Positions 61,874 through 64,000 of a stretch of 64,000 nucleotides of DNA are shown one piece after another. Source of the DNA: Cetorhinus maximus (lineage: Eukaryota). The notes under the pieces are model-generated. The model was not told the origin of the DNA and made no database searches. It saw only the letters and a list, made by a program, of their open reading frames with translations. Location: assembly GCF_964194155.1 (NCBI RefSeq), contig NC_135896.1, forward strand, positions 62,496,001 to 62,560,000, given 5' to 3'. The translations under genes and the position numbers were made by a program. How positions within the stretch are numbered: the first letter of the stretch is position 1; each line of letters begins with the position of its first letter.

Positions 61874-63171
61874 ACCTAACCTTGATATTGCCACATTTGA
61901 TGTTACCATCCATCCTCTTTCAGCAGGATAGGTCAAGCATTCTAGGCCTCCTTCATGCCTGACATTGGTGCAGCTCTATATCAACCAAAAGTGGGCCAGG
62001 TTTACAGGTTGGGTGGATGATTTTAACCAAATTTCCTTTCTCCTGGATGAATTATGCAAGACACTGCATGCAGGAGTCAAACCAAGAAAAGACAAATCTT
62101 ATGCTCTGCAGGTATTCAAACTTATTATCACTGAAAGCTAGGAAATGAAGCCCAGTTGCCTACAGGATCTACATTTCAATCTTAAAACTGTTCAGAAGCC
62201 CCCAAAGTTAATTATTTTACCAGAACAATGTGTTACAGTAATACTGTGATGTTGAGAGATTGTTGTAATCATATTTCAAATGAGTTTTAAAGAATAAAAT
62301 AACAAAATATATAAAGATAAAAATCTATGCAAATTGATCAAAGTGGGGAAAAAATTCCAGAATGAAATTTTACTCTGCTTTGAAAAGTGGTACACCTTAA
62401 CTTTGAACATAAATGATCATGCTTAGCCATGTAACAGTATGTTATGAAAAATAATCCTTACATTTCCAATGCCTTGATGCAATGTATTCTGGGACGATGA
62501 TATCATCCTGGTTGGCTTATGTTCTATCGCTGCATCATAAAATTCTATACTGTAGTTGTACAATAAATCTTTCCACAGAACTTTGGCTCAGGGAAAAATA
62601 ATAAATATCCATTTTATTTATGAGCCAAGATTCTCTGGAAAATTTTACAGCATAGCTCCAGAATACAAGCTGGCCTCAATTATATCATCCTCCCTAAAAA
62701 CTATTGCATGAAGGAGAAGCAATAGCATCTCCTGCTGAAAATATTACAAGTTGGACTTCTCCAATGTGCAGCAGTATACAGTTCAAAACATATAGGAGGG
62801 AATTTTGTTGGAGAATAAGCCACTGCAATTTAAAACAATACAGCAACTTCTAAAATGCTTTATCAGATTACTAACTAATCTCATATGGAGATGCTCAGAG
62901 GAACTTCCTTCTGGTTTCTCCCAATTCGCTGCTGTAACTTCTGTGGAAGATCAGTGGTAACCTCAAATAGACATGTAAAGCTGCCAAATTTAAGGATATT
63001 CCCAGTGATGCTGCTTGGTACTATGGTCATGTGTATATCTCTGTAGAAACTATAAATCAATGGATTTCATTATTGCATGATCATTTCAATATATAATGTT
63101 ACTTTGTATCTTTATTAAAGAAAGAATTGTCATTTGGAAGTACAGAACTTGAGTATTGCTGAATAAAGAGA

Positions 63172-63210
63172 GATATCTAAGCTTTTCATCTTGCACTCAT
63201 CAGGACACTC
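63172..63210 (-). ncRNA. Minimal type I hammerhead ribozyme motif
   Basis: Minus strand: gagtgtc CTGATGA g-tgcaaga-t GAAA agct TA gatatc; stem I gtgtc/gatat, palindromic AAGCTT stem III, UH site. Confidence 0.72.
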
Positions 63211-63598
63211 GCAAGAATACCAATATAAGGGGGAAATGACAATTTATACTGTCTGTGAAGAGAGTGCTGATGGTGGCAAGTGGTGTTGCCATGGAGAATG
63301 CACCACTGATGATGACTGACAGTTAACTGCCAAACATTGTTTGAAATTTAAACCAGTGTGTACAGAGCCTGTTTCAACTAAACAAAATAAGTGACAGCCA
63401 TTCATTGACTCATTCCTCAGGGCAATGCCTTAACAAATCAGGGTCAAGCTGCCTGGTTTAAATTTCAAACAATGTTTGGCAGTTAACTGTCAGTCACCAT
63501 CAGTGCATTCTCCATGGCAATGCCATTTGCCAACCAATCAGCACTCCCTTCATATACAGTATAAAGCATTGTTTTCCCCCTTATATTGGTATTCTAGT

Positions 63599-63637
63599 GA
63601 GTGTCTTGATGGGTGCAAGACAAAAAAATTAGATATC
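63599..63637 (+). ncRNA. Mutated mirror copy of hammerhead motif
   Basis: gagtgtc ttgatgg gtgcaagac aaaa aaat ta gatatc; core substitutions, probably inactive. Confidence 0.5.
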
Positions 63638-63737
63638 TCTTTTTTCAGCAATACTAAAGAAAAAAAACAGTGGAAGATGATATTGAAGATATTCCATGTT
63701 AGAGATAAATAGGTGGTAGGTATGTTGTTTACAGGTT

Positions 63738-63970
63738 ATAGAATCATAGAATGATGCAGCACAAATTAAGACCATTCAACCCATGTGTCAATGCTTTGAA
63801 AGTGCTTTCCAGTTAGTCCCAAACCCCCTGCTCTTTTCCCATAGCCCAGAACGTTTTTCCTTTACAATTATTTGTTCAATTCCATTTTGAAAGTTATTAT
63901 TGAATCTGCTTCTTTTAGGCAGTGTATTCCAGATCATCACAGCTCACTTCATGATTTATTTTCCTCATGC
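63738..63970 (-). mobile_element. CR1 3' fragment
   Basis: atagaatcatagaat tail; gtattccagatc; similar to 22110-22360. Confidence 0.78.
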
Positions 63971-64000
63971 TATATAAAGCCAAGGGTCGCATTTGCTTTT

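Larger units (their letters stand above)
63156..63651. mobile_element. Foldback element: ~200-bp inverted arms, 96-bp spacer, TA flanks
   Basis: 63156-63356 is the reverse complement of 63453-63651 (e.g. tgactgacagttaactgccaaacattgtttgaaatttaaaccag is perfectly mirrored); TA at 63154-63155 and 63652-63653. Confidence 0.9.

Overview
Eukaryotic, repeat-dense vertebrate DNA. The repeat mix (CR1 with short microsatellite tails, L2, Deu-domain SINE, Penelope-like elements, Harbinger) points to a cartilaginous fish, which is inference. No intact protein-coding gene is recognisable and almost all listed ORFs are TE debris. Main content: (1) a full-length but decayed Gmr1-type Gypsy LTR retrotransposon (26685-34691; GTCC TSD, tRNA-Pro PBS, PR-IN-RT-RH order); (2) several PIF/Harbinger elements with DDE transposase and/or Myb/SANT partner remnants, plus MITEs with 3-bp TSDs; (3) several solo-LTR-like insertions; (4) many CR1/L2/SINE fragments in nested stacks; (5) a Penelope-like remnant. 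The most unusual object is a ~500-bp TA-flanked foldback element (63156-63651). Each ~200-bp inverted arm carries a minimal type I hammerhead-ribozyme motif, and a second partial copy lies at 22651. Also unusual: an LTR with a tandem array of LTR-end/PBS units, and a 1.27-kb TG..CA element carrying a gag fragment between internal direct repeats. A few minus-strand exon candidates suggest the window is intronic in an unidentified transcript. All coordinates and alignments were read by eye.
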